From an uncultured Eubacteriales bacterium (lineage in GTDB: Bacteria > Bacillota > Clostridia > Oscillospirales > UBA644): DNA of 64,000 nt. Of this stretch, positions 41,090-48,952 are shown piece after piece. The DNA lies in assembly GCA_934438175.1 (NCBI GenBank), contig CAKSBH010000003.1, forward strand, positions 107,511 through 171,510, read 5' to 3'. Positions within the stretch are counted from its first letter, which is position 1. Every line of letters begins with the position of its first letter. The notes beneath the pieces are model-generated. The model was not told the origin of the DNA and ran no database searches. It saw only the letters and a program-made list of their open reading frames with translations. The position numbers were made by a program, and so were the translations under genes.

Positions 41090-41118
41090 ATTATACCGCC
41101 GTTGCCAGAAAATGTCAA
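41090..41118 (-). promoter_or_regulatory. promoter of the LytTR/LiaF-like operon
   Basis: Minus strand TTGACA-17 nt-TATAAT (perfect hexamers). Confidence 0.75.
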
Positions 41119-41229
41119 TCGGTTGTGCGTGACCGGACGATTTCCGTGCGTAAGATGCGTTTTTCGCAATACGACCTGTCACACGGTCTCATACCGGGAT
41201 ATATTTTTTTGCAAAAATCAAAAAACCTC

Positions 41230-41285
41230 TTGCAAAACCACAGGGACTGCGCTATAATATGACTAAGTAAACAAAACAGTCATAT
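41230..41285 (+). promoter_or_regulatory. TetR-gene promoter with an overlapping inverted-repeat operator candidate
   Basis: TTGCAA-17 nt-TATAAT. 8-bp arms ATATGACT-N13-AGTCATAT (41257-41285) span the start-site region. Confidence 0.55.
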
Positions 41286-41303
41286 TTATATCCGGAGAAG
41301 AAC

Positions 41304-41885
41304 ATGGCATTTTCAGAAGAAGAAAACAGAAACATACGGGAAGCGCTGTTTGCGGAAGCGAAAGCGCGGGCAATGACGGTCGGCACGCGGAAAACCTCGG
41401 TTGAGGAGCTGACCAATGCAGTCGGAATTTCCAAGGGATCCTTTTACAAGTTTTACGATTCCAAGGAGCTTCTTTTCTTTGTCGTACTCGAAAGCATTCA
41501 CACAGAGCTTTACCGTGTGGCAAAAGAAACACTGGCGGCGTTTTCCTCCTATTCTCCGTGCGAAAGAACAACGGAAACCCTGCTTGCCGTATGCCGCAGG
41601 TTGTCGGAAACCGGAGCGATGCATTTCATCGAAACGGACGCCGAACACATCCTGCGCCGGATTCCCGAGCAGGTAAAAAACGAACATTACCACAGCGACC
41701 GGATTCACATCTGCGAACTGCTGAAAGAGGGAAAACTCGAACCGCGCGGAGGAACGGAGATCGCAGTGGCAACGGTACGGGGACTGATTCTTACGGTGTC
41801 GCACCGGAATGAGATCGGAGAAGAATACCCCGCAGTCCTGCGGCTTCTGATACACGGAGCCATGACAGAACTGTTTCCGCAATAG
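41304..41885 (+). CDS. TetR/AcrR-family transcriptional regulator
   Basis: N-terminal HTH (TSVEELTNAVGISKGSFYKFYDSKE). Confidence 0.88.
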   Translation: MAFSEEENRNIREALFAEAKARAMTVGTRKTSVEELTNAVGISKGSFYKFYDSKELLFFVVLESIHTELYRVAKETLAAFSSYSPCERTTETLLAVCRRLSETGAMHFIETDAEHILRRIPEQVKNEHYHSDRIHICELLKEGKLEPRGGTEIAVATVRGLILTVSHRNEIGEEYPAVLRLLIHGAMTELFPQ

Positions 41886-41936
41886 CAGAACATCTTTTAC
41901 GAAGAGCTGCCTGGGGCAGCTTTTCAAAGCCCCAGC

Positions 41937-41954
41937 GGTTAACGCGTGTTAACC
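41937..41954. promoter_or_regulatory. 18-bp perfect palindrome upstream of the HMA gene (candidate operator)
   Basis: GGTTAAC-GCGT-GTTAACC, 36 nt before the HMA start codon. Confidence 0.3.
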
Positions 41955-41989
41955 AACAATTAAAAAGACAGAAAGGATCGTGAACAACG

Positions 41990-42247
41990 ATGACAAAAAC
42001 AACCGTAAAAATCGAAGGCATGGCGTGCACGATGTGCGAAAGCCATGTAAACGACAGCATCCGGAACCGTTTCCACGTAAAAAGCGTGAAATCCTCTTAT
42101 GCCAAAGGAGAAACGGTCATTCTCTCTGACGGAGAAATAAATGAAGCCGACTTGAAGGCGGCAATCGGCGCAACAGGCTATACCGTGCTGTCGGTTCACT
42201 CAGAAGAATACAAGAAGAAAGGGTTGTTCGGACTCTTTGGAGGATAA
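41990..42247 (+). CDS. heavy-metal-associated (HMA) domain protein, CopZ-like
   Basis: GMACTMC metal-binding motif in a ~70-aa ferredoxin-like fold, plus a KKKGLFGLFGG tail. Confidence 0.85.
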   Translation: MTKTTVKIEGMACTMCESHVNDSIRNRFHVKSVKSSYAKGETVILSDGEINEADLKAAIGATGYTVLSVHSEEYKKKGLFGLFGG

Positions 42248-42252
42248 ACCGT

Positions 42253-42357
42253 ATGAAAATCATGATTTCGGTATTTCTTGTCTGCGGCGTAATTGCCCTG
42301 AATCTTGGACTCCGGCATTTATGCCGGTTGTATTTGCAGGCAACATCCGGGAAATAA
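42253..42357 (+). CDS. candidate 34-aa hydrophobic micropeptide (MKIMISVFLVCGVIALNLGLRHLCRLYLQATSGK)
   Basis: ATG 8 nt after SD GGAGGA. One predicted TM. Fills the HMA-ABC intergenic gap. Below the track cut-off. Confidence 0.4.
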   Translation: MKIMISVFLVCGVIALNLGLRHLCRLYLQATSGK

Positions 42358-42385
42358 AAATTATCGGTCAACACGGAGGAACGTT

Positions 42386-43087
42386 ATGCCCATTGTAAAA
42401 TTTCAAAATGTCAGCCGCATCTACACAAGCGGCGACCATGAACTGAAGGCGCTGGACGATGTAAATCTGACGCTTGATGAAGGAAAATTCGTAGTCGTTC
42501 TCGGGCCGTCCGGTGCCGGGAAAAGCACCCTGCTGAATCTGCTCGGAGGGCTGGACACCCCCACATCCGGAAAAATCATCGTGGACGGATGGGATATTTC
42601 CACACTGTCCAAAAACGAGTTTGCCGATTACCGGGCAGAGACCGTCGGATTTGTTTTTCAGTTCTACAATTTGATTCCGACACTGACGGTGCACGAAAAC
42701 GTCGCGCTTGTCAAGGAAATCGCAAAGAACTCCCTTTCGGCGACAAAGATGCTTCAGGAAGTCGGACTTGCCGACCATGCGAAAAACTTTCCGTCCGAGC
42801 TTTCGGGCGGAGAACAACAGCGTGTATCCATTGCACGCGCACTTGCGAAAAACCCGAAGATTCTGCTTTGTGACGAGCCGACCGGCGCACTGGATTCCGC
42901 AACCGGCGTTCTTGTTCTGAAGCTTCTTCTCAAAATGGCGCGGGAGTACGGAAAAACCATTGTCATCGTAACGCATAACCAAAACATTGCCAAAATGGCA
43001 GACACGGTGATCCGCGTGAAAAACGGAAGGATTGTTTCGATGGAAAATCAGACGAATCCGGCTTCCGCCGATGACATCGACTGGTAG
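42386..43087 (+). CDS. ABC transporter ATP-binding protein (MacB/LolD/FtsE-like)
   Basis: Start moved to MPIVKFQNVSRIY. Walker A GPSGAGKST, signature LSGGEQQR, Walker B LLCDEPTGALD. Confidence 0.92.
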   Translation: MPIVKFQNVSRIYTSGDHELKALDDVNLTLDEGKFVVVLGPSGAGKSTLLNLLGGLDTPTSGKIIVDGWDISTLSKNEFADYRAETVGFVFQFYNLIPTLTVHENVALVKEIAKNSLSATKMLQEVGLADHAKNFPSELSGGEQQRVSIARALAKNPKILLCDEPTGALDSATGVLVLKLLLKMAREYGKTIVIVTHNQNIAKMADTVIRVKNGRIVSMENQTNPASADDIDW

Positions 43088-43098
43088 AGGAGCAAACT

Positions 43099-45378
43099 AT
43101 GTTGGGAAAGAAAATGCTCCGCACGGCATGGTGCTATAAAGCGCAGTTCATTTCCATGGTCCTCATGGTCATTCTCGGCGTCGGAATGTTTGTGGGCTTC
43201 CATATGGAATGGGTAAGCATTGAGCACAATATGTTCTCGTTTTTTGATGACTGTCACTTTGCCGATTACCGTCTTGTGAACGAAAAGGGATATTCCGAAG
43301 AGGATCTTAAAAAAATCGAAGAAATCGACGGGATCCGTGCAGCAGCCCGTTTCCTCACGGTCAACGCGGATGTCAAGGACCGGGACGGAGACAGTGTCGC
43401 GCTTGCCGTTACCACCAATTCGGATGTGTCTTCCTTTGTCCGGATCCGCGGCGACGCCTATGACCCGAACAGCACGGACGGCATCTGGCTTTCGGATCAG
43501 TATGCCGAAAAAAACGGGATTTCAATCGGAGACACGCTGACGTTTGTTTTTCGCAACACGGAAATCACCGGGAAGGTTCGTGGATTGATCAAGGCCGCAG
43601 AACAGATGATCTGCGTGCGCGACAAGACTCAGCTCATGCCGGATTTTGAAACCCACGGCTTTGCCTACATCTCCCCTGCTCTCTACGAAAAAGCGACAGG
43701 CTTCGGCTACTATCCGCAGATTCATGTGATTTCAGACCTGGACAAAGACACTTTTTCCGAAAAAGCCAACCGGGCACTCGGTCAGACCACCATTCTTCTC
43801 ACCAAAGAAGAGTCCCTGTCCTATGCACAGGCGGAAGGAGAAGTCAGCGAAGGAAAAGCCATGGGAAGCACTCTTCCCGCCCTCTTTCTTCTGATCGGTC
43901 TGCTGACCATGGTGACCACCATGCATCGTCTGGCCGCAAAGGAGAAAACACAGATCGGCACGCTGAAAGCACTGGGATTTCACGACCGTAGAATTGCCCT
44001 GCATTACACGTCCTTTGCCTTCCTGGTGGCAATCATCGGGACAGCGCTCGGCATCGGAATGGGCTACGGCGTTGCCTGGTTTATTATGAATCCGGACGGA
44101 ATGATGGGAACTTACATGGACTTACCGGAGTGGGCACTGGTCTTTCCGTGGTTCTGTGTGGTTGCCGTTGTTCTGATTGTCGGAGTACTTACACTCATCG
44201 GATATCTGTCCGTGCGGCGGATGCTTGCCGGTACGGCAGCAGATTCCCTCCGTCCCTATACGCCCAAAAAGATGAAGCCGATGCTGGTGGAACGTACCAA
44301 GCTCTTTCACATGCTTCCGTTCGGTATGCGTTGGAATCTCCGGGACATCGTGCGGCACAAAGCCAGAACCGCCATGAGCATGCTCGGAATCATCGGATGC
44401 ACGATTCTCATTCTTGCCTCCTTCGGCATGAAAGATACGATGAATGCGTTTCTGCAGATGTACTACGGCAACGGGCTGAACTATTCCTCCCGCATTTTCC
44501 TCTCCGGAACGGCAACCGAAGAAGATCGCCTTGAGATTCTTGACCGGTACAACGGCGACTTCAGCAGCTCCGTCAGCGTACAGATCGAAGGAAAAACCGT
44601 TTCGCTTGATATTTACGGCATTACGCATGACCGAATCCGCATCATGGATCAAAATGCGAAAAAAATCGAAATCGGCGACGATGGCGCCTATATCTGCATG
44701 CGTCTTTCGGAAGAGTTCGGGCTGAACCCCGGAGACACCTTCTCGGTCAGTCCCTGTGGAACAGATGCCGTCTATTCCATGAAGGTTACCGGAATTTTCC
44801 GCAGCGTATCGGAAAACATCGTTCTTTCGGAAACCTATGCCGATTCTCTGGGAATCCCCCATACGGTCGACTCGGTTTATACCGATACGCCCAAAAACGA
44901 AATTCTGCTGTCGGACGCAATCCAGTCGGTGCAGTCCAAACAGATGATTATGGATTCCTTTGAGGCGTTTCTTTCCATTATGGACACGATGATCTACCTG
45001 CTTGTCGGCGGTGCCATGCTTCTCGGCATCATCGTTCTTTACAACCTCGGCACCATGAGTTACACCGAGCGGTACCGTGAAATGGCAACGCTGAAAGTTG
45101 TCGGCTTCCGCGACAAAAAGATCGGACGGCTTCTTGCCGGTCAGAATCTCGCCCTTTCGGTTGCCGGCATCCTGATCGGAATTCCGATTGGAGCCCTGAC
45201 GCTTTCTTACTTACTGAAAACACTGGCGTCGGAATATGAGATGAAAATGGCGATTGAGCCGCTCTCTTATCTTCTTACCGTCCTTATGACCCTGGGAATG
45301 TCGCTTCTCGTCAGCCTGATGGTGGCGCGGAAAAACAAAAAGATCGACATGGTGGAAGCGCTGAAGGGGCAGGAATAA
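43099..45378 (+). CDS. ABC transporter permease with duplicated FtsX/MacB-type modules
   Basis: 759 aa. Two TM1-large extracytoplasmic domain-TM2-4 units. Confidence 0.88.
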   Translation: MLGKKMLRTAWCYKAQFISMVLMVILGVGMFVGFHMEWVSIEHNMFSFFDDCHFADYRLVNEKGYSEEDLKKIEEIDGIRAAARFLTVNADVKDRDGDSVALAVTTNSDVSSFVRIRGDAYDPNSTDGIWLSDQYAEKNGISIGDTLTFVFRNTEITGKVRGLIKAAEQMICVRDKTQLMPDFETHGFAYISPALYEKATGFGYYPQIHVISDLDKDTFSEKANRALGQTTILLTKEESLSYAQAEGEVSEGKAMGSTLPALFLLIGLLTMVTTMHRLAAKEKTQIGTLKALGFHDRRIALHYTSFAFLVAIIGTALGIGMGYGVAWFIMNPDGMMGTYMDLPEWALVFPWFCVVAVVLIVGVLTLIGYLSVRRMLAGTAADSLRPYTPKKMKPMLVERTKLFHMLPFGMRWNLRDIVRHKARTAMSMLGIIGCTILILASFGMKDTMNAFLQMYYGNGLNYSSRIFLSGTATEEDRLEILDRYNGDFSSSVSVQIEGKTVSLDIYGITHDRIRIMDQNAKKIEIGDDGAYICMRLSEEFGLNPGDTFSVSPCGTDAVYSMKVTGIFRSVSENIVLSETYADSLGIPHTVDSVYTDTPKNEILLSDAIQSVQSKQMIMDSFEAFLSIMDTMIYLLVGGAMLLGIIVLYNLGTMSYTERYREMATLKVVGFRDKKIGRLLAGQNLALSVAGILIGIPIGALTLSYLLKTLASEYEMKMAIEPLSYLLTVLMTLGMSLLVSLMVARKNKKIDMVEALKGQE

Positions 45379-45432
45379 CCGGCAGAAAGAAAAACAAGGT
45401 TCGTCAGAATTTCAAGGGATATTTCTTCCGCA

Positions 45433-45482
45433 AGAGAACGGTACGGGCTGTCTTCAAGACAGCCCGTACCGTTCTCTTTTTA
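45433..45482. terminator. bidirectional intrinsic terminator (FtsX permease / metI convergent pair)
   Basis: About 20-bp perfect stem AGAGAACGGTACGGGCTGTCT / AGACAGCCCGTACCGTTCTCT followed by T5. Confidence 0.85.
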
Positions 45483-45494
45483 TAAGGCATGCAC

Positions 45495-46214
45495 CTATTT
45501 TTTTGTTTTCCGGTTCCGCAGGCGTTTGTCGCTGTGCACGGAAAGCGAAGTTCCGCAGCTCTGGAACACCTGAACCATTACAATCAGCAGAATCACGGCA
45601 CAGACCATAACGGGATACTGATACCGGTAATATCCGTAGTTGATGGCAATCTTGCCAAGTCCTCCGCCGCCCAGAATCCCGCTCATCGCCGAATAGCCGA
45701 GGATGGTGATAACCGCCGTTGTCATATTGTTGATCAGAGACGGCATGCTCTCCGGAATCATCACCTTCACAATAATCTGAAACGGAGACGCCCCCATGCT
45801 CTGTGCCGCCTCAAGGATGTTGGCATCCACTTCACGCAGACTGCTTTCTACCAGACGGGCAACAAACGGAAATGCGGCAATCACCAGCGGGACAATGGAA
45901 GCCACCGTGCCGACCACCGTGCCGACGATCCATCGGGTGACCGGAAAAACCAGAATCATCAGAATCAGAAACGGAACGGAACGAAGCAGGTTGATGATCC
46001 AATTCAGAACCGTGAGCACGCACTTGGGGACACGCAGAATTTTCTGATCCTCCCCCGCTACCAGCAGAACACCGAGAGGCAACCCGAGAATCAGAGCAAA
46101 CAGCGTTGCCAGAACCGTAACATACAGCGTTTCCCAGATGGCTTCCGGAAACTGATTTTTCAGAACCGGAACCGCATCCTGCCACGTTCCCGCCAAAAGA
46201 TTAACAATGTTCAC
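45495..46214 (-). CDS. metI: methionine ABC transporter permease
   Basis: MetI-type BPD permease. 14-nt overlap with metN. Confidence 0.9.
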   Translation of the reverse strand: MNIVNLLAGTWQDAVPVLKNQFPEAIWETLYVTVLATLFALILGLPLGVLLVAGEDQKILRVPKCVLTVLNWIINLLRSVPFLILMILVFPVTRWIVGTVVGTVASIVPLVIAAFPFVARLVESSLREVDANILEAAQSMGASPFQIIVKVMIPESMPSLINNMTTAVITILGYSAMSGILGGGGLGKIAINYGYYRYQYPVMVCAVILLIVMVQVFQSCGTSLSVHSDKRLRNRKTKK

Positions 46215-47214
46215 TTTTCTTCACCTCATCCACCGAAAGATCGGGCATCGCCCGCAGATAGGCCAACGCTTCCTCCAGCGTTTCCGCGCCGCCCGGAATT
46301 CCCAGCAGCATATTGCCGTACATCCGTCCTCCAAGCGAGCGGGTGGATGCCGAAAGAATGCTGGCGGCAATGTTCTTTTCCATCGCCATGCGGGCAATGA
46401 TGGGCATGGACGTCGCCTCGGCACCGTTAAAGACAACGCGGATCACGCGGTCGCCGTCTCCCACAGATTCCGCATCATAGCCGTCCGGATACACCAAAGC
46501 TTTTGCCGCATCGGATTTCGGGGAAGCGAACACCTCGCTCACCGGCCCCTCCTCCACGACCTCGCCATGATCCAGAATGGCAACGCGGGTACAGATCTGT
46601 TCCACCACGCTCATCTGGTGAGTAATGACAATTACCGTCAGTCCCAGTTTGTCGTGCAGCTCCCGGATTAGCGACAGAATGGATTGTGTGGTCTGCGGAT
46701 CCAGCGCGCTGGTTGCTTCGTCACACAGCAGAATTTTCGGGCGTGTGGCAAGCGCCCGGGCAACGGCGACCCGTTGCTTCTGTCCGCCGGACAACTGTGC
46801 GGGATAGCTTTTCAGTTTATCTCCGAGCCCCACCAGCTGAAGCAGTTCGGTTGCACGCTTCACCGCCTCGGAACGCTTCACGCCGGCAAGTTCCAGCGGA
46901 AAACACACGTTGCGCAGGCAATTCCGCTGCATCAGCAGGTTGAAGCCCTGAAAAATCATTGAGATCTTCCGCCGCTCCTGACGCAATTTGGATTCCGGGA
47001 GAGAACCGAGATCCACCCCGTCAATCCGAATTTTTCCCTTTGTGGGACGTTCCAGCATGTTGATGCTTCGCACCAACGTGCTTTTTCCCGCGCCGCTCAT
47101 GCCGATGATCCCGTAGATCTCGCCGTCCGCGATGGAAAGCGAAATATCCTTCAGTGCCTCGACATCCCCGTCGGAACCCGGAAAAACCTTGGATAAATGC
47201 TGAATTTCAATCAT
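46201..47214 (-). CDS. metN: methionine ABC transporter ATP-binding protein (with C-terminal NIL domain)
   Basis: Walker A GMSGAGKST, signature LSGGQKQR. NIL-like C-terminus (VIRVVFNG...LLGIPGG). Confidence 0.92.
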   Translation of the reverse strand: MIEIQHLSKVFPGSDGDVEALKDISLSIADGEIYGIIGMSGAGKSTLVRSINMLERPTKGKIRIDGVDLGSLPESKLRQERRKISMIFQGFNLLMQRNCLRNVCFPLELAGVKRSEAVKRATELLQLVGLGDKLKSYPAQLSGGQKQRVAVARALATRPKILLCDEATSALDPQTTQSILSLIRELHDKLGLTVIVITHQMSVVEQICTRVAILDHGEVVEEGPVSEVFASPKSDAAKALVYPDGYDAESVGDGDRVIRVVFNGAEATSMPIIARMAMEKNIAASILSASTRSLGGRMYGNMLLGIPGGAETLEEALAYLRAMPDLSVDEVKKSEHC

Positions 47215-47228
47215 ATCTGTTTTCTCCG

Positions 47229-47269
47229 TAAAAAAACGAAGAACGCTGCCCGATGCCGGAATCAGCGTT
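47229..47269 (-). terminator. intra-operon hairpin + U-tract between metQ and metN (partial terminator candidate)
   Basis: Minus strand AACGCTG-14 nt loop-CAGCGTT followed by CTTCGTTTTTTT. Confidence 0.4.
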
Positions 47270-47284
47270 GTCCGTTCTGTTTTG

Positions 47285-48130
47285 TTATTTCTTCAAAGCG
47301 TCCAGAGTCTTCTGTTTCCCGCCGTAAAAGCCCATCGGCTCCACATGTACGGAAAGAATCGAAACCAGGTGCGTCCCCTGTTTTTCGTTGAAATCCTGCA
47401 GGTACGGCAGATGCTGGAAGTAATTGGCATCCACGTCGCCGCTGTCTACCACATTGTTCGGCTGTACATAATCGGTGAATTCCAGAATCTCCAGCGTAAT
47501 GCCTTTTTTCGCCAGAATGTTCTTTGCAATCTTAAGAATGTCGGCATGCGGTGTGGGAGATGCGGCAACCGAGATCTTCTGACCGTTCAGCGCGGCATAG
47601 TCAACAGAAGAGTCAAAGCCGTCCCCGGCATCCTTGACCACGCTAACCACCGATCCGTTGTAGGTCGAAGCAATATAATCGGCAACTTCCTTGCTGGACA
47701 AAGCCGCCTTCAGCGCCAGCACCAACGGGTCATTTTCCCTTCCCTGCTTCACAGCCAGGATGTTGCTGTATTCCGAAGCGGAGCCCTCAATAAAAAGAGA
47801 ATCGTTCACGGGATTCAGCCCGGCAGCGATGGCATAGTTGGAGTTGATTACGGCAAAATCCACACTGCTCAGACTGTTGGGAATCTGTGCTGCCTCAATC
47901 TCGACAAAATTCAGATGATACGGATTTTCCACAATATCATGGATGGTCGCCGTAATACCGGCACCGTCCTTCAGCTTGATATAGCCCTGATCCTGCAAAA
48001 GAAGAAGTGCACGGGCTTCGTTCGTCGTATCCGACGGAACGGCCACAAGAAGAGAAGTATCCTGCGAGCAGCCGGCAAACACGCCGACGGCAAGAACCAG
48101 CAGGCAAACAAATGCAATCAGTTTTTTCAT
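47285..48130 (-). CDS. metQ: MetQ/NlpA-family methionine-binding lipoprotein
   Basis: Lipobox VFAGC. NlpA family core. First gene of metQNI. Confidence 0.9.
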   Translation of the reverse strand: MKKLIAFVCLLVLAVGVFAGCSQDTSLLVAVPSDTTNEARALLLLQDQGYIKLKDGAGITATIHDIVENPYHLNFVEIEAAQIPNSLSSVDFAVINSNYAIAAGLNPVNDSLFIEGSASEYSNILAVKQGRENDPLVLALKAALSSKEVADYIASTYNGSVVSVVKDAGDGFDSSVDYAALNGQKISVAASPTPHADILKIAKNILAKKGITLEILEFTDYVQPNNVVDSGDVDANYFQHLPYLQDFNEKQGTHLVSILSVHVEPMGFYGGKQKTLDALKK

Positions 48131-48277
48131 AAGAATTCAACCTTTCTATTTTTCACATTTCTGTTATCGCAATTTCATTCACAAAAAACAACCGGGTCAC
48201 ATTCGTTCATGCCGGAAATTCACACGAAACAGCGTTTCCCATCCGATCTGCATAAAAAAATACCTCCAGACGATGAT

Positions 48278-48311
48278 AAAAAAAGAGCCGGATGCTCTCA
48301 GAGCATTCCGG
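48278..48311 (-). terminator. intrinsic terminator inside the metQNI leader
   Basis: Minus strand CCGGAAUGCUC-UGA-GAGCAUCCGG (10 bp, one bulged A), then CUC + U7. About 145 nt upstream of the metQ start. Confidence 0.8.
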
Positions 48312-48348
48312 TCAGACAAAAACAAAACACCGATAACCGGCATTGCCG

Positions 48349-48456
48349 TTACCGCACTGTATTTTTATGGAAACCGACCGGAAGACAGAAATCCTGGCGC
48401 ATCATCATGCGGCACATCTGCGGCATTCCGCCGAACCCACGGCACATCTTCTTCAT
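48349..48456 (-). CDS. 35-codon Met/Cys-rich leader ORF (MKKMCRGFGGMPQMCRMMMRQDFCLPVGFHKNTVR)
   Basis: ATG 8 nt after AAAGGAGG. 7 Met (3 consecutive) and 3 Cys in 35 codons. Lies between a consensus promoter and the leader terminator. Below the track cut-off. Confidence 0.6.
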   Translation of the reverse strand: MKKMCRGFGGMPQMCRMMMRQDFCLPVGFHKNTVR

Positions 48457-48500
48457 CGGTCGTTCCTCCTTTTCATCGTTTTCTTTGGTAGATTGCTGCA

Positions 48501-48529
48501 ATCATACCATATCCGCAAACATTTGTCAA
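48501..48529 (-). promoter_or_regulatory. promoter of the metQNI leader
   Basis: Minus strand TTGACA-17 nt-TATGAT. Confidence 0.75.
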
Positions 48530-48787
48530 GAGATTTTTTCGGTTTCTTTTCAAAAAAAGAATTTTATCCTCTATGTGCGAAAGGGAAAAGTCCCGGCAAC
48601 ACCCCTGAAATGTGCGTAAGGTTTTTACCTTTTTGGGAACGAAAAACGGGAAAGAAAAAATCCGGATTCCTTGTAGCAAATCGGTCTTCGTTTCCAATCC
48701 ATATGCACAGTGGGAGTGAGCGTGCCGATTGCTCCTCAAAAAGATTGCCTTTTCATGACGTTTTCCGGGCAATATCTTATCGGCAAC

Positions 48788-48816
48788 TTGATTCCGGCAA
48801 AAGAATATGATACAAT
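48788..48816 (+). promoter_or_regulatory. promoter of the sigma-factor gene
   Basis: TTGATT-17 nt-TACAAT, about 130-nt leader. Confidence 0.55.
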
Positions 48817-48952
48817 TTCAGGGATCAGGAAAAACAAAACAGTGCCCGAAAACCGCTTTTATCTGTCGGCAACAAAATTCATACCAAACCTTTTTCTGTA
48901 CAAAGCAACTTAAAGGGTGACCGGTCAAAAAAAACGATGGAAGGAGATTCCG

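Noticed and set aside
42312-42327. Perfect palindrome CCGGCAT-TT-ATGCCGG inside the micropeptide ORF.
   Set aside because: It is short, has no U-tract and lies within a putative coding frame. This is insufficient to call a regulatory hairpin or operator.
48560-48640. Plus-strand stretch UUAUCCUCUAUGUGCGAAAGGGAAAAGUCCCGGCAACACCCC, which superficially recalls S-box (GGCAACC) or ykkC (GGGA-AAAG-CCCGG) cores.
   Set aside because: It lies upstream of, and in the wrong orientation relative to, the met promoter. It lacks the other conserved segments (the CUUAUCAAGAG/GGUGCUAAA of SAM-I; the AGGGUUCCG of ykkC) and has no downstream expression platform. This is most likely coincidence. cmscan would settle it.
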